A DNA stretch of 64,000 bases, from the NCBI GenBank assembly GCA_050250895.1, contig JBFWNU010000004.1:526934-590933 (forward strand), in the 5' to 3' direction. Below the pieces are notes generated by a model. It was not told where the DNA came from and made no database searches. It saw nothing but the letters and a program-made list of their open reading frames with translations. Positions 1-9,571 of this stretch are shown here, piece by piece. Position 1 is the first letter of the stretch. Each line of letters begins with the position of its first letter. The DNA comes from Vulcanimicrobiota bacterium (GTDB taxonomy: Bacteria; Vulcanimicrobiota; Xenobia; Xenobiales; JADMJV01). The position numbers were made by a program, and so were the translations under genes.

Positions 1-2
1 TT

Positions 3-320
3 CTCAAGCTCTACGACCTGTCGCCCGACCCTTGTGGCTTTCGTGATCGCCTGCTCGTGGCCGGCGCCAGCCTGCAGTCCCCGCGCCTGGTCATGCATCG
101 TCATTCGCAGGCGCGAGCGGGCAATTCGGGCTGGTATTTCGGCCCTGTCGAAGCCGAGGCCATCAGCAACCTGGAAGAGTTCGCAAAGCCGATGTCCGGA
201 CGCCTGGTCAAAGTGCGGCCGGCTCTTTTGGCCGCCCTCACCATGCCCGAAGGCAGCCTGGTGCTCGTCGAGGACGACCGGCTGGTCGAAGTGCGCGACC
301 CCCAGGGACAGGTACTCTAG
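3..320 (+). CDS. 5'-truncated hypothetical protein, Imm33/DUF2185-like
   Basis: Frame is open from the window edge (LKLYDLSPDPCGFRDRLLV...). SGWYFG followed by RPALLAALTMPEG resembles the Imm33-like immunity family. Confidence 0.45.
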   Translation, partial: LKLYDLSPDPCGFRDRLLVAGASLQSPRLVMHRHSQARAGNSGWYFGPVEAEAISNLEEFAKPMSGRLVKVRPALLAALTMPEGSLVLVEDDRLVEVRDPQGQVL

Positions 321-1846
321 GCCACGATCATCTTCTGACCCAGGCCCCGCAGGCCATCGGCCACCCAGCGGCGACCGTCTTCGTCGGCCAGGCCCTGCTC
401 GCCGGCCCACTCACTAGCCAATCGAGCCGCATCCTTGCCCGGACCCATTCGCTTGAGCAAGTCGAGTTCGAGCTGGTCGAGCTCGGCCGAGGGCCACCAT
501 CCGGCCGGATACTCGGCTTTGCCCACCTGACCGCCCAGGTCTTCCCACAACCGGGGCGCCAGGGGATGCAGCGAGGGTTCCCAGGCGTGCCATTCAGGAG
601 TCCAGTTTAGGTGGAACCGGGTCAGCGCCTTCAGCCATTCGCTTACCAGCCTGGCCTTGGAATTTTCGGGCAGGGGCAGGCTGCGTTCTTCGGCAAAGCC
701 GGGATGGTCCTCGGGCAGCCGACGAATGGCGATGACGCCCTCGCGAATGGCGTCGATGCCATGCTTTTCATAGCAGTCGGCCCAGTTCTGGAAACGCGCG
801 ATGAATTCGGGCGTGGTGCGATGCCCCCCGAAGTCGTCAATCTGATTCTCGATGTAGAGTTCGCGCGGGCTCTCGCCGTAATTGAGCAAGCCCACTCCCC
901 AGCCCCGATTGCCGCCCAGCCAGCCCACGATGCGCTCGAGGTAGTGGCTCGAGCGCATCACCGGATAGGTGGTAACCAGAAAGAAGGTGCCTCCCGGATT
1001 GAGAAAATCACCGGCCTTCGAGATGACCTCTTCCACCAACTCTTCGCCGGTCTCGCCGCCAGGGCGATAGAGTTCCAGCGTCTCGTCAGACGGAGTCGGG
1101 ACGAAAGGCAAATTGGCGCTCATCTGGTCAAAGCGCTCGCCCTCGACCGGGCCCAACAGGCTGCCCTGGCGAAAATCGCACCGGTCGGCCACGCCGTTCA
1201 CGGCTGCGTTGAGGCGGGTGAAGCCGATGGCCCGCGGGTTGATATCGACCCCCACCACGGCCTCGGCATGGCCGGCCGCCAGAATGGCATGAATGCCCGA
1301 GCCGAGACCCAGGTCCAGCGCCCGTCCGACCGGCTTTCGCGCGGCCAGATAAGCCAGCCCGAAACTGTCACCACTGACGTCGTAAACGTGGTTGGGGAAG
1401 CGCTTATAGACGCTCCACTTGGGGTCGGTGAAAAAGCAGCGGCCCATGCAGGGGTACAGGTCGGCCAGCGCCCGGACCATGTCCTGATCCGTTTCGAGCA
1501 ACTGCAAGGCGAGCAGTTCGGTCACCACCTCGGTCCCCATGGCCGCCTCGGCCTTCTTGCGCTCGAGAGGCTGGCGAAACAGCCATAGACAGGCCAGGTC
1601 GGCGGCGGCCGAAGGCTTCTGACGACAATGCCAGAGATAGCCCGGGGTCTGCTCGTAGCGACGATAGATCAGCGGCAGGCCACTGAGGAACTGCTCGAGA
1701 TTCTTCTCGTCATAGCCGGCTTCTTCAAGCCGCCCGGGCAGAGCCGTCAGAATACCGCTCTGGCGCTGGTCGGGCAGAGGCCGGGGTAGCATCGAGGCGA
1801 ACATCTTCGCCGGTTCGGGTTCTTTATACCATCCACCGATTTCCAC
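317..1846 (-). CDS. Class I SAM-dependent methyltransferase (MTS/HemK-like)
   Basis: ALDLGLGSG motif I, VDINPRA and NLPF (an NPPF variant). Start is uncertain; alternative ATG at 1804. Confidence 0.85.
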   Translation of the reverse strand: MEIGGWYKEPEPAKMFASMLPRPLPDQRQSGILTALPGRLEEAGYDEKNLEQFLSGLPLIYRRYEQTPGYLWHCRQKPSAAADLACLWLFRQPLERKKAEAAMGTEVVTELLALQLLETDQDMVRALADLYPCMGRCFFTDPKWSVYKRFPNHVYDVSGDSFGLAYLAARKPVGRALDLGLGSGIHAILAAGHAEAVVGVDINPRAIGFTRLNAAVNGVADRCDFRQGSLLGPVEGERFDQMSANLPFVPTPSDETLELYRPGGETGEELVEEVISKAGDFLNPGGTFFLVTTYPVMRSSHYLERIVGWLGGNRGWGVGLLNYGESPRELYIENQIDDFGGHRTTPEFIARFQNWADCYEKHGIDAIREGVIAIRRLPEDHPGFAEERSLPLPENSKARLVSEWLKALTRFHLNWTPEWHAWEPSLHPLAPRLWEDLGGQVGKAEYPAGWWPSAELDQLELDLLKRMGPGKDAARLASEWAGEQGLADEDGRRWVADGLRGLGQKMIVA

Positions 1847-1864
1847 CCCCTCGGGTTCGCACCC

Positions 1865-2617
1865 TCACAAATCGAAGCCTTCTTCTGCCTCGACCGTCTC
1901 ATAGGCTGATGGACCCGTCTCCTTGAGGATGTAGAGACCCACGGTCATCAGGGCTGCGCCCAGCACCGCGAACAGTCCCAACAGCCAGACCGGCAGAGCC
2001 CGAAAGGGATTTCTGGCCAGGGCCCGATCGACATCGAGTCGCGACAAGAATTGGCGGAAATCCTGGTCCGAGAACTTGTCCTCGGGCCCGATGACGATAA
2101 GCGTCACCATGCGTTCGCGGGTCAGCAGATTGAGCCGATAACCGAGCGCCCCGTCCACGGTGCGAAAGCGGCGCACCGGCACTTTGCGACCGTCGACGGT
2201 GAGTTCCAGATTCTCGTGGCTCGACTCGGCGCCCCAGCCTCCCGGGGCGCTGCGAATCTGGGGCTCGAGTCGGTCCCAGTGGGGTGTGTCCTTGGGGCGA
2301 CGCAGCGAGAAGATGCGAAAGGCCATTCCCCGGTAAGGACCGGCCCCAGTGGTCTGCCCTTCCACCCGAGCGTCGGTCAAAATGGCGCATTCAAAGACCG
2401 AAAGTTTGCTGGCGTAAACGCCGCGATACCCCGGCAGGGCGCGGGCCCCGGGCAAGATACGGTCGGCCGCGCGCTCCACCCGATGAGGGTTGAGCACGAT
2501 CAAATCCCGGCTGGTGTACCAGCAAGTTCCCCCCGTGCATAAGGCGCTCAACAACAAGGTCACCACACAACCCAGACCGACGGCGCGACGCAGAGTTGAG
2601 CTCTGTTGCTCTTCCAC
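1865..2617 (-). CDS. Membrane-anchored hypothetical protein
   Basis: Hydrophobic helices near both termini. GTG at 2617 lies 6 nt after TG-T-TATAAT. Confidence 0.65.
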   Translation of the reverse strand: MEEQQSSTLRRAVGLGCVVTLLLSALCTGGTCWYTSRDLIVLNPHRVERAADRILPGARALPGYRGVYASKLSVFECAILTDARVEGQTTGAGPYRGMAFRIFSLRRPKDTPHWDRLEPQIRSAPGGWGAESSHENLELTVDGRKVPVRRFRTVDGALGYRLNLLTRERMVTLIVIGPEDKFSDQDFRQFLSRLDVDRALARNPFRALPVWLLGLFAVLGAALMTVGLYILKETGPSAYETVEAEEGFDL

Positions 2618-2666
2618 CCGGGTATTATAACAGGAACCGCCAAGCCGCTGTCCAAAGCAGGCCAGG

Positions 2667-3716
2667 TTGCGTTTTCTCACCGTGAGGGCCGGCCCCAGGG
2701 CGCTGGCTCACCTGCACCACCACGGACTCCGTCCAGACGATGTCGACCTGATGCTCGGGGCTTCGGGCGGCCCTCGCTGGCTGGTGCTCAGTCACCTCGA
2801 CCGCTACTTCATCGACTGGTTCGCCCAGCGCCAACGCCCGCTCTATCTGGTCGGAGCCTCGAGCGGCGCCTGGCGTTTCGGTTGCTATGCCCAGCAGCGG
2901 GCCCGGGCAGCCCTCGAGCGACTCGAGCAGGTCTACGTCCAACAAGCCTATCCGCCCGACCCCTCTCCCACCTACATTTTGGGACGCTGCGCCGAAATGC
3001 AGAACTTTGTGTTAGGTCACAACGGAGTGCGCGAGAGCCTGAGCCACCCCTATGTGCGACTCAATCTGGTCACCGCCCTGGCCCGCGGCTGGGCCGGCAA
3101 ACCCGATCATCGGCAGGGCCTTGGCTTCTTGTTGGCGGCCCTGGCCAACATGGCCGGTCGCCGTCACCTGGGCCGTATCTGCCCGCGGGTGCTGTTTAGT
3201 GATCCTCGCGACCGCCCCATTTGGAAGCTCGATGACCTCGAGACCCATCTGGTCGACCTGACCAGCGACAACCTCCAACCGGCGCTGGTGGCCTCGGGGG
3301 CCATCCCCTGGCTGATCCGCGGAGTGTCCGACATCGCTGGCGGTCCCTCAGGGATCTATCGGGATGGAGGTGTCATCGATTATCACTTCGACCTTCCCTA
3401 CGGCGGTCCGGGCCTGGCCCTCTTTCCTCACTTTAGCGCGCGTCACGTGCCCGGTTGGTTCGATACCTACTGGCCGCGGCGGCGGCCGCTGCACATCGAC
3501 CACCTGCTGATGATCCACCCTTCGCCTCAGTTCATCGCTCGCCTGCCGTTTGCCCGCGTCCCCGACCGGGACGACTTCTATCGCCTGGATGACGCTACCC
3601 GGTTCGAGGTCTGGCGCCAGGCCGTCGAAGCCGGACGCTGGCTGGCCGAAGAATTTCACGCTCTGGTCGAAACCGGCGACTGGGCCGCAGTAGCCCAGCC
3701 GTTGACCTCAAAGTAA
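2667..3716 (+). CDS. Patatin-like phospholipase family protein
   Basis: GASGGP glycine loop, GASSG nucleophile elbow and DGG motif. Confidence 0.8.
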   Translation: MRFLTVRAGPRALAHLHHHGLRPDDVDLMLGASGGPRWLVLSHLDRYFIDWFAQRQRPLYLVGASSGAWRFGCYAQQRARAALERLEQVYVQQAYPPDPSPTYILGRCAEMQNFVLGHNGVRESLSHPYVRLNLVTALARGWAGKPDHRQGLGFLLAALANMAGRRHLGRICPRVLFSDPRDRPIWKLDDLETHLVDLTSDNLQPALVASGAIPWLIRGVSDIAGGPSGIYRDGGVIDYHFDLPYGGPGLALFPHFSARHVPGWFDTYWPRRRPLHIDHLLMIHPSPQFIARLPFARVPDRDDFYRLDDATRFEVWRQAVEAGRWLAEEFHALVETGDWAAVAQPLTSK

Positions 3717-3891
3717 CATTCCAGCCAACCAATTCCCCGTGAACAGGTCCTTTGCGTCTGAGCATCCACGAAAAACCCGGCCAATGCCCCACAAAACTTT
3801 AACATCCTTTACACGATGGCAATATCCAGTTCCTGGCGCCGACCACCCCCCTCCCGCTATGTTTTAAAAAACAGATAGTAGGAGACCAACC

Positions 3892-5169
3892 TTGCTCATC
3901 TCCCCCTCCTTACAAAATCTCAATGGCAACAGCCTGGCCGGCGGGCTACCCTTCGCACCGGCCGCCAACGGCAACAGCCTGGCCGGCGGCGACCTCTCGA
4001 ACCTCTCGGAAGAGGGGCTCAACGGAACCAACGATTCGGGCAACCCCCAGATCCTGCAGGTGCTCTACGAGTCCAAGCTGCGCTCGGGCATCGACTCGAT
4101 CAATGCCGCCAAAGCCAAGGGCGAAGACCCGAAGGAAGCCCTCGAGAGCCTCTCGCAAACCTATGGCGAAGCCAAGGAGAAGAACGTTCCCATCTCGTCC
4201 GAGACCGAAAGCCAGGTCAAGCAATTGCTGGGCCTGGAGGGCGGCAGCGAGGGCGGCGGCGGCAACACGGACGCGCTCAACCAGGGTGGCGACCTGGGCG
4301 GCGGTGGTGACGACGGCGGCGGCATGGGCGGCGGCGGTGGTGGTGGTTGTGACGGCGGCGGAGGCTGCAACGGCTGCAACGGCGGCGGCGGCGGTGGAGG
4401 CGGCGACTACGGCGGGCCGCCCGCCAACCTCACCGAAGAAGACAAGAAGTTCCTCAATCAGGCCATCACCTCCGAATCCGAGCACTTTAAGGACCTGTTT
4501 GGCGGGTGGCGCCAGGGGGCCGAGGGCAACTGCTCCACGGTGGCCGCCATCAAGGCCGCCATGGATCGCTACGACAATCAGGTTTTCGATAGCGTCACCC
4601 GCGGCGAAAACGGCTACAACATCACCATGCAAGACGGCTACAAGATGAGCCTGTCCGACCAGGAACTGGCCATGGGCAAGGCCGCCAGCAACTTCCGCGG
4701 TAACGACGGCGTGGCCAAGTCCTACGCGCAATTCCTTTACTCCGCAGCCGCCAAGCGCAACGCTCTCGAGAACGGGATGTCCTTGCGGGCCTCGTTCAAC
4801 GACCTCAACAACGGCGAATCGATCTACTCCCCGGGCCGACTGCTCGGCCTCAAGCACCAGATGGTGCGGGTCAACCCGCGCAATCTCAGCGGCCAGGACT
4901 CGGTCGTGGCGGGTTCGCATCGGCACGCCGTCTTCATCAACAAGAACGCCAACGGAAGCCACACCACCGATCGCTATGGTCGGGGGGTCAACTTCAACGG
5001 CACCGACACCTGGGGTAACGGGCTCACCGACGCCTACACCTTCAAGCCGCGCGCGTTCTCGGCCGGCGGCTCTCGGGGAGGCAGCAGTGGTGGTGGTGGC
5101 GGCACGACCCCGCGCTCGGCCCCTCCCCGGGCTCCGCGTCCCGTGACCACCACGCGGCGCTCGCGATAA
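3892..5169 (+). CDS. Putative papain-fold cysteine peptidase/effector-like protein with Gly-rich linker
   Basis: AGGAG RBS. QGAEGNCSTVAAIKAAM (Gln and Cys), HAVF (His), TTDRYG (Asp). Confidence 0.65.
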   Translation: MLISPSLQNLNGNSLAGGLPFAPAANGNSLAGGDLSNLSEEGLNGTNDSGNPQILQVLYESKLRSGIDSINAAKAKGEDPKEALESLSQTYGEAKEKNVPISSETESQVKQLLGLEGGSEGGGGNTDALNQGGDLGGGGDDGGGMGGGGGGGCDGGGGCNGCNGGGGGGGGDYGGPPANLTEEDKKFLNQAITSESEHFKDLFGGWRQGAEGNCSTVAAIKAAMDRYDNQVFDSVTRGENGYNITMQDGYKMSLSDQELAMGKAASNFRGNDGVAKSYAQFLYSAAAKRNALENGMSLRASFNDLNNGESIYSPGRLLGLKHQMVRVNPRNLSGQDSVVAGSHRHAVFINKNANGSHTTDRYGRGVNFNGTDTWGNGLTDAYTFKPRAFSAGGSRGGSSGGGGGTTPRSAPPRAPRPVTTTRRSR

Positions 5170-5285
5170 GTTAACAAACCGTTTACAATCGTTACCTGCC
5201 GGTTACATCCGGTCCGACCAGTTGACCCCCCAATGGGGTATATTCAGAGTAGCAGAGTAGCCTAACAAAGGAGAGTATCCGTTTT

Positions 5286-5645
5286 ATGCCCGGCGTCAAT
5301 CATCACTTTTTTGGATATGGCGGTGGTTCCCAAGGAACCGGAGCCGTCGGCGGCCACGGCGGTGGCATGTCGGTCTCGACCGGCGGCGGCGGTGGCAGTG
5401 GTGGTGGTGGAGGCGGCGGAGCCGTCCAGGCAGGCATGAACACCGCGGATGCCGTCTCGATCTCCGCCGATGCCACGTCAGGTGACTCCGGAAGTTCCGG
5501 GGCTGCCGGTTTGGTAGCCGGACTCTCCGCTAGCCTTGGCGCCAGTGGTGGCGACGGAGCCGCCGCAGGCGGTGGTGCCGCTGCCGGTGGTGGCGGCGGG
5601 GGCGGTGGTGGCGGCGGAGGTGGCGGCGGCGGCGCTGCTGCTTAG
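5286..5645 (+). CDS. Small glycine-rich protein
   Basis: AAGGAG RBS and varied GGN codons; followed by an intrinsic terminator. Confidence 0.7.
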   Translation: MPGVNHHFFGYGGGSQGTGAVGGHGGGMSVSTGGGGGSGGGGGGGAVQAGMNTADAVSISADATSGDSGSSGAAGLVAGLSASLGASGGDGAAAGGGAAAGGGGGGGGGGGGGGGGAAA

Positions 5646-5672
5646 CCACCTCGAACATCCTTTCGCTGGCAG

Positions 5673-5705
5673 GGTGGTTTTCACGGAAGTGGAAACCACC
5701 TTTTT
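5673..5705 (+). terminator. Rho-independent terminator
   Basis: GGTGGTTTTCAC-GGAA-GTGGAAACCACC hairpin plus TTTTT. Confidence 0.8.
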
Positions 5706-6647
5706 ATGATGCCCAGCTCCCGCAGCCAGGTCGTCAATTACCTGCTCAAGAATGTGGTCAAGCCGTTCGGCCGGCGGGGCGGACGCGGCCCTGACGTGGC
5801 CTGGGTACGGGCTTCGGTGGCCCGAGCTGCCCGGCTGGCGGTGCCCATTCCCGGAGTCAGCGTGCGGCCCGGGCGTCTGGCCGATTTGCCCGGCGAGTGG
5901 CTCGAGCCTCTCGGAGGAAAGGCCACCCGCACGATTCTCTACTTTCACGGTGGCGGCTACTTTTTCGGCTCGCCCACCACCCACCGTTCTCTGACTCGCA
6001 CCCTGGCCAAGCTGTCGGGTTGCCGCATCTTCGCTTTGCGCTATCGCCTGGCTCCCGAGTTTCCCTTTCCCGCCGCCCATGAGGACGCCCTGGCGGCCTA
6101 TCGAAGCTTACTCGAGATGGGAAATGACCCCCGCGAGATCGTGCTGGCCGGAGACTCGGCCGGCGGCGGGCTCGCGCTGTCGACCCTGGTGGCTTTGCGT
6201 GATGGCAAGCAGCCTCTCCCGGCGGCCGTGGTTTGCTTCTCGCCCTGGACCGATCTGGCCGCCACCGGGGAATCGCTCGAGACCAACGACCCCCACTGCG
6301 CCATGTTCTATGGCGCCGATATCGCCACCTCAGCCCGGCTTTACGCTGGCACGGCCTGTCCCCAGCATCCGCTCATCTCGCCCCTCTACGCCGATCTGGC
6401 GGGCCTCCCGCCGATGCTCGTCCACGTCAGTGACAGCGAAGTCTTGCTGGACGATTCGACCCGCATCGCCGCTCGGGCTCGGGCGGCCGGCGTCAAGGTC
6501 GAGTTGAGGATCTGGAAGAACCTTCCCCATGTCTGGCAACTGTTTTCTCCGGTGATGCCCGAGGCCCAGCGGTCGTTGTGGCAGGCAGCCCACTTTATCG
6601 ACGGCCACACCAGACGCCACTGGGCGCCTCCCTACTTTACTTACTAA
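5706..6647 (+). CDS. Alpha/beta hydrolase, HSL (family IV) esterase
   Basis: HGGG, GDSAGG, EVLLDD and HVWQ catalytic motifs. Confidence 0.92.
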   Translation: MMPSSRSQVVNYLLKNVVKPFGRRGGRGPDVAWVRASVARAARLAVPIPGVSVRPGRLADLPGEWLEPLGGKATRTILYFHGGGYFFGSPTTHRSLTRTLAKLSGCRIFALRYRLAPEFPFPAAHEDALAAYRSLLEMGNDPREIVLAGDSAGGGLALSTLVALRDGKQPLPAAVVCFSPWTDLAATGESLETNDPHCAMFYGADIATSARLYAGTACPQHPLISPLYADLAGLPPMLVHVSDSEVLLDDSTRIAARARAAGVKVELRIWKNLPHVWQLFSPVMPEAQRSLWQAAHFIDGHTRRHWAPPYFTY

Positions 6648-6682
6648 CAGGGTTCTTGCCCCGCGTGGTCAAGGGGCCCTTG

Positions 6683-8254
6683 ATGGACAAGGAACATCTG
6701 CGCCATCAGGAAGACACGCGTCAGGTCCTGCATCGGCTTTCACGGCGGGCCACGCTCGGGCTCTCGGCCCTGGTCGGGGTGATAGCCGGAGGACTGGCGG
6801 TCATCTTCCAGCTGTTGATCGACGCGACCGAGTCGACCCGCGCCATGGTGCGCGGCGAGTTGACTGGCCACGGCTATGTGGGCGGTGCGATCCTCATCCT
6901 CGGGGGGGCCGCCCTGGGGGCCTTTGCGGTGTTTCTCACCCGCCGCTACTGTCCTGAAGCGGCCGGCAGCGGTATTCCTCACGTCAAAGCCGTGCTCTTG
7001 AGCGCTCGACGACTAAGGCCAGTCCCTCTGGTGGCCGTCAAATTGGTGGGTGGCCTGCTGGCCCTGGCGGCCGGGATGTCGCTGGGAAGAGAAGGGCCCA
7101 CCGTGCACATCGGGGCCGCCTGTGCTGCCTATTTTGCAGCCCTGCTCAAACTGCCCCACCGCACCCGCCGGGCCCTGATCGCGGCCGGAGCCGGAGCCGG
7201 TCTGGCGGCCGCTTTCAATGCACCGCTGGCGGGCTTTCTGTTCATCATGGAGGAGTTGCGTCGCGATATGTCGCGCGAGACCTACGGCAACGCTCTGGTG
7301 ACCTCGGTGGCCTCGGTGCTGGTGGCGCGAGCGCTGCTCGGCTCAGAGTCGGACTTCTTGCTCTCGGATGTCGACACTCTGCCGCTGAGCGTGGTGCCGG
7401 CGGTCATGCTGACCGGCCTGCTGGCCTCGGTCGTGGGGGTCGTGTTCAACCGCACGCTGTTGACCATGGTCGAATGGCGCGAGTCGTCGCGGCCGGAGGT
7501 CCTGGGGGCTCTGGTGGGGGTCCTGGCCGGCCTGCTGGCCATCTTCCTACCCTCGGTGACCGGTGGAGGCCACGACCTCACCCTTTCGCTGCTAGAAGGC
7601 CAGACCCCGCACTGGCTGGGCCTGCTGGTGGTGTTGCTGGTGATCAAGCTGATTTTTACCGCCCTCTCGTTCTCGAGCGGGGTGCCCGGAGGGATTCTGG
7701 CTCCGCTCTTGACCCTGGGTGCCCTGACCGGAGGGCTGGTGGGAGCCACCCTGCGCCAGTTTAGCGCTGGGCTTGCCAGCCAGCCCACCTTCCTGGCCAC
7801 GGTCGGCATGGCCGCGGTGTTGTCGGCTTCGGTGCGGGCACCTCTCACCGGGGTAGTGCTGATCGTCGAGATGACGGGCCAGTACCACCTTCTCTACTTT
7901 CTCTTGCTGGCCTCGTTCGTTGCCTATCTGGCCGCCGAGTGGTTCGAGCACCAACCCATTTACGAGGCTCTACTCAGTCGCGAGTTGCACCGCGGCAAGG
8001 CGTGGGCCGAAGCCGAAGAGGCCAGGGTGTTGGAGCTGAGCATCGAGCCGGGGTCACGGCTCGACCGGGCTCGAATCGACCACTATCCCCTACCCCACGA
8101 GGTGCTCATCGCCCTGATCGAGCGCGAGGGCAAGCCGGTCGTGCCCAATGGCAAGACTCGCCTGATGGCTGGCGATCTGTTGACGGTGGTGGCCGGGCCC
8201 CACTGTGACGATCAGGCTCTGGCCAAGATTCTCGACGCTTCGAAGGCGCCTTGA
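6683..8254 (+). CDS. clcA: ClC H+/Cl- exchange transporter with C-terminal RCK_C (TrkA-C) domain
   Basis: GSGIP, GREGP, FNAPLAG..F..EE, GILAP and PIY motifs; C-terminal PNGKTRLMAGD. Confidence 0.9.
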   Translation: MDKEHLRHQEDTRQVLHRLSRRATLGLSALVGVIAGGLAVIFQLLIDATESTRAMVRGELTGHGYVGGAILILGGAALGAFAVFLTRRYCPEAAGSGIPHVKAVLLSARRLRPVPLVAVKLVGGLLALAAGMSLGREGPTVHIGAACAAYFAALLKLPHRTRRALIAAGAGAGLAAAFNAPLAGFLFIMEELRRDMSRETYGNALVTSVASVLVARALLGSESDFLLSDVDTLPLSVVPAVMLTGLLASVVGVVFNRTLLTMVEWRESSRPEVLGALVGVLAGLLAIFLPSVTGGGHDLTLSLLEGQTPHWLGLLVVLLVIKLIFTALSFSSGVPGGILAPLLTLGALTGGLVGATLRQFSAGLASQPTFLATVGMAAVLSASVRAPLTGVVLIVEMTGQYHLLYFLLLASFVAYLAAEWFEHQPIYEALLSRELHRGKAWAEAEEARVLELSIEPGSRLDRARIDHYPLPHEVLIALIEREGKPVVPNGKTRLMAGDLLTVVAGPHCDDQALAKILDASKAP

Positions 8255-8345
8255 AGACGAGATCTCCCATAAACTAACACATTCCTCCTAGGACTTGTGA
8301 CCCAGTTCACATTTTGTACACATTTTTTCTGGGTAAGATGTCTGG

Positions 8346-9530
8346 GTGGGGACATGTGCTGAAACGACCCGGGAACGCATCCTCGTCGTCGACGATGCTC
8401 CGGAGGTGAGACTTCTGCTCCGGGGGGTACTCGAGGCCGAAGGCTACCAGGTCGACCTGACCGCTTGCGGTGTCGAGGCCGTGACCCAACTCGCTCGCCA
8501 ATCAGCCGACCTGATTCTGCTCGACCTGGATCTCCCCGATACCCAGGGCGTCGCACTTTGCCAGCAGCTTCGCCAACAGGGATTCGAACGGCCCATCATC
8601 ATGCTGACCTCGCACAACCAGCTGACGGACCGGACGGCCGGGCTCGAATCGGGAGCCGATGACTACATCGCCAAGCCCTTCGCTCCTGAAGAGCTGGTGG
8701 CCCGGATCAAGGCCCAGCTGCGGCGCGAGCAACGCTTCGCCGTGCGGGTGGAAGAATTGCTGGCCGAACGCTGGGAGCGAATTCATGAAGGCCTGGCTCT
8801 GACCCGCCAGATTCAGCAGCCGTTCGGGGCCGGTGCGACCCTGCCCGGGGTCTCGACGGCCGTGCGCCATCTGCCCGTGGGCCGCATCGGTGGCGACTTT
8901 TTCTTGCTCGAAGAATCTAGCCCCGATACCTTCACCGTAATTATCGGCGACACCATGGGTAAGGGTGTCGGTGCGTCCCTGGTCATGGCCTGGACCCTGG
9001 CCACGCTCCACCGACTGGCTCACCAGCTCGACAGCCCGGCCGAAATCCTGCAACGAGCCAATCGCGAACTGGGCCCCGACCTCGAAGGAGTGGGCATCTT
9101 CGTGGCCGCCTTCTGCGGGGTCTTCCATCGCCAGACCGGGCTCTTCACCTATAGCACGGCCGGCTGCGAGCCACCCATTCTGATTCGCGCCAACCCGCGG
9201 GGACGGCGCCACGAACGTTTGATGACCAAAGGGATGCCCATCGGCATCCTGGCCGATTTCGAATACGCCGAGGCCAGCCTCGAGCCCGGCCCGGCCGATC
9301 GGCTCTTTCTCTACACCGACGGACTGATCGAGTCGGTCGATGCCGACCAACAACCCCAACTACTCAGAAGCCTCTATCGCCTGCTGCTCGAATCGATGCA
9401 TCGCCCGGTCGACAGCCAGCCCGACTTGTTGATGCAACGATTACGACTGCTGACCAACAACCAGCTCTTTTTGAGCGACGACCTTACCTTTATGCTGCTC
9501 GAATTTCCCGAGCCTGTATTGCCCGCATAG
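8346..9530 (+). CDS. Response regulator receiver fused to PP2C (SpoIIE/RsbU-type) phosphatase
   Basis: REC: VVDD, LLDLDLP, KPF. PP2C: GGDFF, IGDTMGKG, YTDGL, DDLT. Confidence 0.9.
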   Translation: MGTCAETTRERILVVDDAPEVRLLLRGVLEAEGYQVDLTACGVEAVTQLARQSADLILLDLDLPDTQGVALCQQLRQQGFERPIIMLTSHNQLTDRTAGLESGADDYIAKPFAPEELVARIKAQLRREQRFAVRVEELLAERWERIHEGLALTRQIQQPFGAGATLPGVSTAVRHLPVGRIGGDFFLLEESSPDTFTVIIGDTMGKGVGASLVMAWTLATLHRLAHQLDSPAEILQRANRELGPDLEGVGIFVAAFCGVFHRQTGLFTYSTAGCEPPILIRANPRGRRHERLMTKGMPIGILADFEYAEASLEPGPADRLFLYTDGLIESVDADQQPQLLRSLYRLLLESMHRPVDSQPDLLMQRLRLLTNNQLFLSDDLTFMLLEFPEPVLPA

Positions 9531-9571
9531 TCAAAGATGCCTGCCGCCCTGTGGGGGCGAGACGGAGCACC

